NCBI GenBank assembly: GCA_041489375.1
Contig: JBGPRA010000003.1
Coordinates: 1 to 35,981 of the forward strand
DNA length: 35,981 bases
Reading direction: 5' to 3'
From: Candidatus Bathyarchaeia archaeon
GTDB lineage: Archaea > Thermoproteota > Bathyarchaeia > TCS64
Shown here: positions 19,306-27,484 of the stretch, piece after piece
Layout: each line of letters starts with the position of its first letter
Position numbering within the stretch: position 1 is the first letter of the stretch
Notes under the pieces: generated by a model
Seen by the model: the letters and a program-made list of their open reading frames with translations, nothing else
Databases searched by the model: none
What the model was told of the DNA's origin: nothing
Position numbers and translations under genes: made by a program

Positions 19306-20139
19306 ATGGTTTTAATCGGTTTTCTCAAGGTAGGTAACATAGCGACCGCGCCAATGATCGAGCTCCTCCTCGACGAGAGGGCTGAAAGAGAAGACATGGA
19401 AGTCAGAGTCGTCTCCTCAGGGGCAAATATGGGTGGTAGACAGTCGGAGGAAGTTGCAAGGATCATGGTTGGTCTTAAACCGGACCTAGTGTTTGTGACG
19501 AGCCCTAATGCCAGCACAAAAGGACCAACAAAAGCGAGGGAGCTGATATCATCCTCTGGTATTCCAGTGGTCGTTGTTTCTGATGGTCCAAAAGGCTTAA
19601 TCGAGGAACTTCAGGGCAAGGGGATGGGCTGTATAATAATTGAAGCTGACTCGATGATCGGGGCACGCAGGGAGTTTCTTGACCCAATTGAGATGGCTAT
19701 CTTCAACGCTGATGCGATCAAGGTGCTCTCAGTAACTGGGGTTTATAGCTTAATTTACAAGACGATCGACGCGCTGATAGAGCAGTTGAAGTCAGGTAAA
19801 AAGCTCGAACTACCCTTACTGAACATTACCCGCGAAAAATCGCTCAAAGTCTCAGGTCTATCAAATCCATACGCATTGGCAAAGGCAGGGGCGTCTTATG
19901 AGATGGCGAAACGTGTTTCAACCCTCACTACCGAGGCTTGCTTTAAGGAGAAGGACTGGGCAGTCTATACAGCTCTATGCGCCACGGCTCACGAGCTCAT
20001 GAGAACAGCGGCTTTAGTGTCGGATGAGGTTAGGGAGATAGAGAAGTACGGAGACAACGTAACGCGTAAACCACACTACGATGATGGGTCTTACCTGATG
20101 AAGAAGAAACTAATCGAAAAACCAGAGAAACAAAAATAA
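19306..20139 (+). CDS. mtd: F420-dependent methylene-H4MPT dehydrogenase
   Basis: KVGNI, LLLDERAERED, SPN, DSMIGARREFLDPIEMAIFNAD, AHE and REIEK..RKPH signatures. Confidence 0.95.
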   Translation: MVLIGFLKVGNIATAPMIELLLDERAEREDMEVRVVSSGANMGGRQSEEVARIMVGLKPDLVFVTSPNASTKGPTKARELISSSGIPVVVVSDGPKGLIEELQGKGMGCIIIEADSMIGARREFLDPIEMAIFNADAIKVLSVTGVYSLIYKTIDALIEQLKSGKKLELPLLNITREKSLKVSGLSNPYALAKAGASYEMAKRVSTLTTEACFKEKDWAVYTALCATAHELMRTAALVSDEVREIEKYGDNVTRKPHYDDGSYLMKKKLIEKPEKQK

Positions 20140-20259
20140 CTGTTTTCTTCCCTCTTTTAAAAAATAAAAAAAGAACTTGCTAAGAATTTCTATCCTAGTG
20201 ACGAGAGCAAATTTTATCAACCTTTTTATTTTTGATGATTTCTAGTAACTTGAACCTAG

Positions 20260-22383
20260 GTGTCTCAAAAAACTAATAGCTTGAATCTTAACGCCATATT
20301 CCATCCAAACTCTGTCGCTATAATAGGTGCCTCAAAGACACCGGGTAAGATCGGCTACATATTAACAAATAACATGCTCAACTCGGGGTTCAAAGGAAAG
20401 ATCTACCCGGTGAACCCTGGGGCAGATGAGATACTTGGATTGAAGTGTTACCCATCTGTACTTGACATCCCAGGTGATGTGGATCTATCCGTTATCACAA
20501 TCCCCTCGGCCTCGGTCCTACAGGCAGCTGAAGAATGCGGAAAGAAGGGCGTAAAGGCTCTAGTTGTGATATCAGCAGGTTTCAAGGAGACCGGACACGA
20601 AGGTTCACTCCTAGAGCAACAACTTGTTGAGATAGGCAAACGGTATGGCATGCGGATCCAGGGTCCCAATTGTCTCGGTTTAGTAATTACAACGACGCCA
20701 TTGAACCTAAGTTTCGCAGTCGATATACCGCGACGAGGAAAGATAGGATTCATCTCTCAGAGCGGAGCACTCGGAACAGCTGTGCTTGACTGGGTCACAA
20801 AAGAGAACATAGGTTTCCATAGCTTCATCAGCCTAGGGAACAAAGCCGACCTCGACGAGATCGACTTTCTAGAAGCAATGAGCGAGGACGACGATGTCTC
20901 AGTCATCCTACTTTACCTCGAGTCGATTGAAGAGGGTAGAAGGTTCCTCGAAGCCTCCACACGAGTTGTTAAGAAAAAACCCGTCGTCGTCCTAAAGGGC
21001 GGAACATCTTCAGCCGGTGCCAGAGCAGCAGGGAGTCACACAGGCGCCCTCGTCGGAAGCTTCCTCGCCTATCAGACCGCATTCAACAAGGCTGGAGTGA
21101 TCCTAGCCAACAGCATAGAGGAACTCTTCGACTATGGGCTAGTATTCATGGAGCAACCATTACCAAAAGACGAGGGGATAGCCTTAATCACAAACGCTGG
21201 GGGACCAGGCATCCTCGCAACAGATCTCAGTGAAAAACTTGGCGTCAAGATCTCCTCGATATCGAGCGAGGTTCAGGGCATACTCCGCAAGTACCTCCCC
21301 CCCGCATCAGCGACAGGTAACCCCATAGACGTCCTAGGTGACGCGAAGGCGGATCGATACGCCTACGCCCTCCAGGAGGTAGTAAAAGACGACGGCGTAA
21401 ACGCCATTATCGTGTTACTCACGCCACAGGCTATGACGGAGAGTCTGGAGACAGCTAAGAACATAGTGAGCATGAAGCCAGCCCTAAACCAGAAACCCAT
21501 TCTAGCCGTCTTCATGGGAGGCAAGACGGTTGAGGAAGCTACACGATACTTAATGAACAACGGAGTCCCCTGCTTCGATTTTCCTGAGAAGGCGATCCAA
21601 GCGATATCAGCAATGTATAGATACACGCGCTTCTTGAAGCTCCCCATCTTTTCATTACACAGATTCGACGACGTCGACTCGACCAGAGTTAAGACAGTGA
21701 TTAATGCAGCTCGCACGGATAACAGAGTCGTCCTCCTCTCAACCGAAGCCGCTGACCTCGTAGAAGCCTATGGCATACCAGTTCCTAAGAATAACCTAGC
21801 CGTAGATGCAGACGAGGCAGTTAAATACGCGGAGAAGCTCAGCTACCCCGTCGTCTTAAGGATAGTCTCCCCTGACATCCTCCATAAAACAGATGTTGGC
21901 GGTGTGGCTTTGAACTTGAACTCTTCCACCGATGTGAGGACAGCATTTGACCGTATGATGACTAGTGTAAATAAATTCATACCACACGCAAGAATCTACG
22001 GCGTGATGGTCTATCACATGATTCCGAGAGGTCGTGAGATGATCATCGGCATGAGCAAGGATCTACAATTCGGTCCCCTTCTCATGTTTGGCCTTGGAGG
22101 AATCTACGTTAATTTCCTGAAAGACGTTTCCTTCCGCCTAGCTCCCCTCACGGAAAATGAGGCAAGTGAGATGATGGAAGATACGAAAGCCTACACGCTT
22201 CTGAAGGGGATTAGGGGCGAGGATCCTTCTGACCTATCTGCACTCAAGGATATGATCTTGAGGGTGAGTCAACTGGTTAGTGACTTTCCAGAAATTGTGG
22301 AGATGGATATCAATCCAGTAGTCGTGTACAAGGCTGAGGAGGGTGCCTATGCCCTCGACGTTAAGATCACCTTGTCAAAATAA
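20260..22383 (+). CDS. acdAB: ADP-forming acyl-CoA synthetase, fused alpha-beta
   Basis: IGAS, GPNCLG, SQSGA, SHTGAL (phospho-His), NPID, HKTDVGGV and DINP motifs. 707 aa with no GNAT domain. Confidence 0.9.
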   Translation: MSQKTNSLNLNAIFHPNSVAIIGASKTPGKIGYILTNNMLNSGFKGKIYPVNPGADEILGLKCYPSVLDIPGDVDLSVITIPSASVLQAAEECGKKGVKALVVISAGFKETGHEGSLLEQQLVEIGKRYGMRIQGPNCLGLVITTTPLNLSFAVDIPRRGKIGFISQSGALGTAVLDWVTKENIGFHSFISLGNKADLDEIDFLEAMSEDDDVSVILLYLESIEEGRRFLEASTRVVKKKPVVVLKGGTSSAGARAAGSHTGALVGSFLAYQTAFNKAGVILANSIEELFDYGLVFMEQPLPKDEGIALITNAGGPGILATDLSEKLGVKISSISSEVQGILRKYLPPASATGNPIDVLGDAKADRYAYALQEVVKDDGVNAIIVLLTPQAMTESLETAKNIVSMKPALNQKPILAVFMGGKTVEEATRYLMNNGVPCFDFPEKAIQAISAMYRYTRFLKLPIFSLHRFDDVDSTRVKTVINAARTDNRVVLLSTEAADLVEAYGIPVPKNNLAVDADEAVKYAEKLSYPVVLRIVSPDILHKTDVGGVALNLNSSTDVRTAFDRMMTSVNKFIPHARIYGVMVYHMIPRGREMIIGMSKDLQFGPLLMFGLGGIYVNFLKDVSFRLAPLTENEASEMMEDTKAYTLLKGIRGEDPSDLSALKDMILRVSQLVSDFPEIVEMDINPVVVYKAEEGAYALDVKITLSK

Positions 22384-22413
22384 CTTTAACTATGAAGTGA
22401 TGTGATCATAAAC

Positions 22414-23505
22414 ATGGTATATACACTCTATATAACTGGGACAAAGTTCAGCGGGAAGACTGCCCTCTGTCTAGGCCTCTATAATGTATTTAATGAGATG
22501 GGCATGAGAGTCGGGTACTTTAAGCCAATAGGGCAGGGCCACAAGATGGTCGAAGGCAGGTACATTGATCCTGACGTCACAATGATGAAGGACGTAATCG
22601 GATTAATGGAACCAATCGAAGAGCTCTGCCCCGTAGTCCTTGGGAGTCGTTACTTGGACATCGTATCTAAAGACTACGAGTCTTTGAAGGCTCGTATAAT
22701 AGAATGTTTCGAAAATGTGAAAAAGAATAAAGACATTCTCATTATCGAGGCAGCTCATACTCCTGAACTTCTTTACTGCTCTAACTTAGATATGGCAACT
22801 CTCTCTAAGGAGTTCGGTGCCAAAGTAATACTTTCAGTTAAGGGAGACGACGACACATCTGCGGACAAAGCCATGCTTTACACCAACTATTTGTTACAAA
22901 GGGGCGTCGACGTCCTCGGGGTAATCATAAACTTCGTTCCATTCCAGCAGCTTGAACGGATGCGAGGCGTAGTCTCTGAAGTCCTCTGTAAATGCAAAGT
23001 CAAAGTTTATGGCGTGGTACCCGACCACAGGGAATTAACACTCCCCACAGTCCAGGACGTGGTAAACGCCTTAGACGCTGAGGTCCTAGCTGGAAAGGGA
23101 AGTCTGGACAGGATAGTCGATAACTACCTTGTAGGCGCTATGTCCCCCGAGGCCGCTATGAGCTGGCTGAGGCGAAGTGTTGACAGGGCCTTCATCACAG
23201 GCGGCGACCGAGCAGATCTGATCCTTATGGCGCTCGAGACTAAACCAAGCGCCATTATTCTTACAGGTAACATTTACCCCTCAGTTCAGGTAATCTCAGC
23301 TGCAGAGTCAAAGGGGATCCCTCTCCTTCTTGTTGCTGATGACACGTTCACAGCAGTGACGAAGCTTGAGCCCCTTGAAGGCAGGGTTGTTTCCTTCCCG
23401 ATGTCCACGCGTAAGATTCAGCTTAGCCGTAAGATTATGAGTGAATACATAGATTGGAAGAACATACTTGAGGGGTACGTCGACTTCAAGACAAGGAACA
23501 AGTAA
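22414..23505 (+). CDS. Phosphotransacetylase N-terminal-like protein (BioD-like P-loop + DRTGG), no Pta catalytic domain
   Basis: SGKT P-loop, GYFKPIG, VGAMS and ITGGDRAD. Ends without the catalytic PTA domain. ATG at 22414 follows GTGAT. Confidence 0.85.
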   Translation: MVYTLYITGTKFSGKTALCLGLYNVFNEMGMRVGYFKPIGQGHKMVEGRYIDPDVTMMKDVIGLMEPIEELCPVVLGSRYLDIVSKDYESLKARIIECFENVKKNKDILIIEAAHTPELLYCSNLDMATLSKEFGAKVILSVKGDDDTSADKAMLYTNYLLQRGVDVLGVIINFVPFQQLERMRGVVSEVLCKCKVKVYGVVPDHRELTLPTVQDVVNALDAEVLAGKGSLDRIVDNYLVGAMSPEAAMSWLRRSVDRAFITGGDRADLILMALETKPSAIILTGNIYPSVQVISAAESKGIPLLLVADDTFTAVTKLEPLEGRVVSFPMSTRKIQLSRKIMSEYIDWKNILEGYVDFKTRNK

Positions 23506-23520
23506 CGAGGTAAATCATTC

Positions 23521-23817
23521 ATGAGCGACAAAAAGTCGAAAACCGTTGGAGGCTCAATGGAAGAGACAAAAGAGAGGCACCAACGCTACCTGAGGGCTAT
23601 GAACAACCCAGTTAGGAGGACCATACTCAGAGAACTCAAGGGCGGCTCTGCTACACTCGAGGAGCTAAAGACCAGAACGGATATTGATGAAAAAACACTC
23701 AAATGGCACTTGGACATCCTCGAATGGGGTTATTGTGTAGAGAAGCAAATGAAGCATGACCATGCATATTACCTTCTGACAAAAGAGGGTCAAGTCGTAG
23801 ATTATGTTGATAAGTAG
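23521..23817 (+). CDS. ArsR-like winged HTH regulator
   Basis: NPVRRTIL...LKWHLDIL..G...YLLTKEG pattern. Confidence 0.8.
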   Translation: MSDKKSKTVGGSMEETKERHQRYLRAMNNPVRRTILRELKGGSATLEELKTRTDIDEKTLKWHLDILEWGYCVEKQMKHDHAYYLLTKEGQVVDYVDK

Positions 23818-23892
23818 CTTTCATCTCCACTTTATCTATACTTATCGCTAATTCTATAAACATCATCGAAATAAGTAGAGAAGGATATCGAT

Positions 23893-24843
23893 TTGCTGAG
23901 CCTGAATAAGCTTACGAAGAAACTAGTCGACAGACTTCTAGACGATCCACAGTACTACAACGTTTTGGTTGAAAAACTGCCCTGTGGATCAACAATAATC
24001 GACACAGGTCTTGAAGCTAAAGGAGGATATGAGGCCGGTCTAATGACTACTCGTATTGCCATGGGTGGAGCCGGTGGTGTCAACCTAAGCTACTCTGATT
24101 ATAGTGGGCTTCAACTACCCACCATCGTGGTTTCGACGGATCAGCCTGCATGGTCACTCTTCGGTGCCCAACTCGCAGGATGGAAGATATCCGTAGAGGA
24201 TTACACAGCAGACGGCTCAGGTCCGGCAAGGGCGCTGGTTCTAAAACCCAAAAAAGTTTTTCAGAAAATCGAATACAAGGACGAGTCCGAAGTAGCGACG
24301 ATCCTTCTTGAGAGCCGTAGGAAACCAACGGATACCGCAGCTAGGTTCATAGCTGAATCCTGTAATGTAAAGCCTGATAACCTCTTCATGTTGCTCACCT
24401 CCACAACATCGATGGCTGGTATGGTTCAGATCTCGGGAAGGGTTGTGGAGACAGGGCTCTTCAGGCTCGACATTCTTGGTGTGGACTTAAAGAAGGTGAA
24501 GTATGGGGTTGGCTACGCTCCGATCATGCCCCTGCATGTAGATAGCGGGAGGGCTATGGGGCGTGCTGAGGATGCCCTGACTTACGGTGGCGTTACAAGT
24601 TTCGTTGTAGATGAAGAGGAGCAAGTTCTGGCGGATCTAGCAAATAAAACCTCATCGAGTAACTGTAAGGCTTATGGGAGAACCTCGTACGAGATATACA
24701 GTGAAGTAGACTTCGACTTCACTAAAATCGATCCGGCACTCTTCGCACCTGCAGTGGTCACATTGGTATGCGCAAAGACTGGTAGGGTCTTCAGTAATGG
24801 GATAATAAACAATGATATCCTCAAACAGTCGCTCTTAGGTTAG
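23893..24843 (+). CDS. mch: Methenyl-H4MPT cyclohydrolase
   Basis: AGWKI, GSGPARAL, QISGRVVETG, AMGR..DA..YGG and DFTKIDPALFAPA motifs. Confidence 0.95.
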   Translation: MLSLNKLTKKLVDRLLDDPQYYNVLVEKLPCGSTIIDTGLEAKGGYEAGLMTTRIAMGGAGGVNLSYSDYSGLQLPTIVVSTDQPAWSLFGAQLAGWKISVEDYTADGSGPARALVLKPKKVFQKIEYKDESEVATILLESRRKPTDTAARFIAESCNVKPDNLFMLLTSTTSMAGMVQISGRVVETGLFRLDILGVDLKKVKYGVGYAPIMPLHVDSGRAMGRAEDALTYGGVTSFVVDEEEQVLADLANKTSSSNCKAYGRTSYEIYSEVDFDFTKIDPALFAPAVVTLVCAKTGRVFSNGIINNDILKQSLLG

Positions 24844-24910
24844 CTTTATTGATCCACTCGCGTGCGCGAAAGTCCTAAACCTGTATGTGCAAGCTTATTT
24901 GTAATGAGGT

Positions 24911-25234
24911 TTACATTTTTTCCAATTCGTTCTTACGATCGAGTTCCTCAGCGGCTCTCCTTGCCTCTTTTCTAATATTCGCAACGTATCTTATCCGTGC
25001 ACGCGTTAATTCCTCCCCTGATAAACCCTCAAGCTGCTTCCACATAGGATCCGGAGCAGCGGATAAACCCTCGATACTCTTCCATTCCCCCATCTCCGAA
25101 ATTAATCTCTCGCGTGCTTTGACTTCATCCCACAGGCTGTCTCTGATGACATCGGTGATGTTGATTTCAAGGTACTTGATTTTCTCCATCAACTCCACTG
25201 GGATTCTGGCGGTTACTCCTACTGACTTGGTCAA
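24911..25234 (-). CDS. Ribbon-helix-helix (CopG/antitoxin-like) DNA-binding protein
   Basis: N-terminal VGVTARIPVELMEKIK..EINITDVIRDSLWDEVK fits the RHH strand-helix-helix pattern. Internal repeat WK(S/Q)(I/L)EGLS. Confidence 0.7.
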   Translation of the reverse strand: MTKSVGVTARIPVELMEKIKYLEINITDVIRDSLWDEVKARERLISEMGEWKSIEGLSAAPDPMWKQLEGLSGEELTRARIRYVANIRKEARRAAEELDRKNELEKM

Positions 25235-25235
25235 A

Positions 25236-25391
25236 CGTATTACACCTCTTCAACCACGGTAGAAGCCTTGGCCGTATTACACTTGTAAGGCTTACCATAG
25301 GGTACCATATTGTGTAATACGGGGAGGACGTTTCATGGTCCCCATAGTGGGGGAGTGTAATACATCTTTACCTTTTCAGACTGTAATACAC
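25236..25391. repeat. Cluster of GTATTACA(C) sites upstream of the RHH gene
   Basis: CGTATTACAC at 25236 and 25273, inverted GTGTAATACG at 25312, GTGTAATAC at 25355, TGTAATACA at 25382. Further copies at 25672 (partial) and 25769. Confidence 0.85.
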
Positions 25392-25525
25392 TTGTTCACG
25401 TTTTTTAGCCTGTATACAGGCGCGTGTCTGGCTTTCCCGTGGCTCCTGCCATGGGTGCTTGTGGTGGGTGACTGTGGGTGGGTGTCTGTGACTGCGCGTG
25501 GGTGTCGATGAGTGTCGATGGCTGG

Positions 25526-26017
25526 GGGTAGACATCCCCCATAGTACTAGCGTCCATGGGTATGATGCGCTCTGCTATATCATCGTCCATGGAGTCGCCT
25601 CCTTCATCATAGCCATCATCAGCAACCATCCGCTACATCTTCCATGGAGCCATAAGCAACGTCAATGGTTGGTATTACGATCCCATTACTGTGATAGCTC
25701 CCAATAGTTAACATCTCCAACTAGCTACCCTATCTAGTCGGACGGGGCGTCTTAAGAGTGCAAGCTACTGTATTACACACTTTGGTTGCCCCGTCCTGAT
25801 GTTTAGGAGGTAAGCTTGACTAGGGACGGTGGTGGCTCCTTCTTGGGTTGCCCCTCAACCTCACCCACCCCCCCAACCTGACCCAACTCAAAACCCCCAC
25901 TGGGAAGAACAACACGGATGGACCCGGACCAACCGAGGGTCGACATCCCCTATACTACTAGCGTGTGGGGAGTACATCCTCTGCCACGTCGTGTCCACGG
26001 CGTCGTCTCCTTCATCA
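25526..26017. repeat. Degenerate direct repeat: 25526-25609 (84 bp) and 25937-26017 (81 bp)
   Basis: GGGT(A/C)GACATCCCC(C/T)ATA(G/C)TACTAGCGT...CTCTGC...GTCCA(T/C)GG(A/C)GTCG(C/T)CTCCTTCATCA is shared by both copies. Confidence 0.85.
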
Positions 26018-26210
26018 GTTGGTTGTTCCTCCTGTTGGGCCTCTTCATCCATGGGTAGGGTTACTCTCTCCCTCCGAAGTATCTCTCGATAGTCGGTACC
26101 TTCCTCTAGTTCCCCAACTCATGATATTGGGTGTTCAGGAGAGTACTGGCTCCTGATGTGTGCGATGGCTCCAGGCTTGTTCTGGAACCGCTTCACACAT
26201 CTGCTTGATT
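25888..26210 (-). pseudogene. Decayed C2H2 zinc-finger-like gene with acidic tail
   Basis: A manually translated frame reads SRCVKRFQNKPGAIAHIRSQYSPEHPIS*VGELEEGTDYREILRRERVTLPMDEEAQQEE..., with an internal TGA at 26121-26119 and no intact start. Confidence 0.5.
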
Positions 26211-26377
26211 TTTTTTGGTTGTGGTTCAGCTCCTAAAAAAACGCCTACATGGTAAGCTCAAGCACCCGAGAGATGAAAGGGTTTGCAGTAAGCTGTGAAT
26301 TTCTCCGTAAAACAGCGAACCTTTCACAGCAGAATGGTTCTCCGTATTTAAGAAAAAACTGAGCGCGTGTGAATGAT

Positions 26378-26911
26378 TCAAATTAAATTTGTGACACTAA
26401 TAACTTGTTGAACACGTTTCGAAGCATACCACCCGAATATACCAACAAGAGCTCCTGAGATTAGCGAAAGCAGCCACATGAAGCCAATAACGTACGGGGA
26501 TAAACTCTGGAGCAAGAGTATCCACAATACTAATACATTACTAGAAGCAGACAGTCCACCAGCAATCGCAGTTTTAATCTGAGAAGCCTTTCCGGGTAAA
26601 CTCATAACTATGTCAACTAGGATGCCCTCAGCTAAGGCGATTGGTAGGATCTGAACCCCGTGAAAACTGAAGAGTGAGAGTTCAACAAGACCCTTCACAG
26701 CTCCGGCGAAAGTAGCTGAACCAGTCTTCTCCGTTAGAAGTCTAACTAGTAAGAGCCAGAGAATATGCACACCGGATAAGACTTGCCCGATACCGAAGGG
26801 TAGAATAGGTATTGCCTTTAGGGCGTTTCCCAAGTACCCTAGAGGGACACTCACAGCACCGCCTGCAGCGCTGAGAATTATGATCAAAGCGATCTCACGA
26901 GTTTTATACAT
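26378..26911 (-). CDS. ECF transporter substrate-specific S component
   Basis: 177-aa protein with about 6 TM segments; KTREIALIIILSAAGG start, KTGSAT..GAVKGLVE and EGILVD segments typical of YkoE-like S components. Confidence 0.75.
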   Translation of the reverse strand: MYKTREIALIIILSAAGGAVSVPLGYLGNALKAIPILPFGIGQVLSGVHILWLLLVRLLTEKTGSATFAGAVKGLVELSLFSFHGVQILPIALAEGILVDIVMSLPGKASQIKTAIAGGLSASSNVLVLWILLLQSLSPYVIGFMWLLSLISGALVGIFGWYASKRVQQVISVTNLI

Positions 26912-27006
26912 CCTGGGTTTGATGTGCGTTTAAACTATAAAAAAGAATGGGGTAACGATTTCCATATGATTTATATTTCAATAAATAGAAATCGTAAGTG
27001 ATTGAT

Positions 27007-27456
27007 ATGAATAATCCCGGAGAGAATAAGACTAAGACTGCGAGGAATCGCCAAGGGTTACTGACAGAGGAACAGCTCAAGGTTCTCGGTTGTCGGCTCG
27101 ATGGGCAAAAACAGGAGGAGATCGCGGGGAGGCTTGGCACAACTCGGCAGAATGTCTCCCTAATTGAGAGACGTGCTCGAGGTAATTTGGAGAAGGCTGA
27201 AGCAACGCTGAAGGCATATAGAAGGCTGCGGACGGCTGCGACGGTGGAGCTCAAGTCAAACACGCATCTCGTTGATGTCCCGAGGATGCTTATTGATGTC
27301 GCTGACGAAGCTGGTGTGAAAATAACCATCGACTTCGCTCTTGTCTATAAGGAGCTCCGCGATGAAGCCCGAGATTCAATCCAGGGAACGAGAATAGTAA
27401 AGCCCGTCCTGCTGCACATCTTGAAAGGTGGCAAAATCGACGTTGAACCTATTTAA
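27007..27456 (+). CDS. tfx: Tfx family DNA-binding protein
   Basis: LTEEQLKVL..R..G..QEEIA..LGTTRQNVSLIERRARGNLEKAEATL and the VDVPRML...ADEAGVK C-domain. Confidence 0.88.
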   Translation: MNNPGENKTKTARNRQGLLTEEQLKVLGCRLDGQKQEEIAGRLGTTRQNVSLIERRARGNLEKAEATLKAYRRLRTAATVELKSNTHLVDVPRMLIDVADEAGVKITIDFALVYKELRDEARDSIQGTRIVKPVLLHILKGGKIDVEPI

Positions 27457-27484
27457 ACAGAACAATTTGCCACGCAATTAGATA

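Larger units (their letters stand above)
24880..26350. mobile_element. Degenerate plasmid/virus-like remnant inside the C1 cluster (boundaries approximate)
   Basis: Gene-poor, low-complexity stretch with an RHH gene, repeated sites, a duplicated block and a broken C2H2-like frame. No integrase or transposase is visible. Confidence 0.45.

Noticed and set aside
24885-25262. 125-aa plus-strand ORF
   Set aside because: Ser-rich antisense shadow of the RHH gene.
25236-25391. GTATTACAC array as a mini-CRISPR
   Set aside because: The repeats are only 8-10 bp and switch orientation.
26119-26121. In-frame TGA as selenocysteine or programmed read-through
   Set aside because: It is not at a Cys-equivalent position, and the frame lacks a start and two zinc ligands, so decay is the simpler explanation.
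25498-26156. Plus-strand ORFs 25498-25707, 25829-26092 and 25965-26156
   Set aside because: Low-complexity and motif-free. The duplicated block reads more plausibly as protein on the minus strand.
26275-26346. GCTGTGAA/TTCACAGC inverted repeat and TTCTCCGTA direct repeat as an element end
   Set aside because: No matching sequence or target-site duplication was found at the left side of the insert.
26904-27329. 141-aa minus-strand ORF
   Set aside because: Antisense shadow of tfx.
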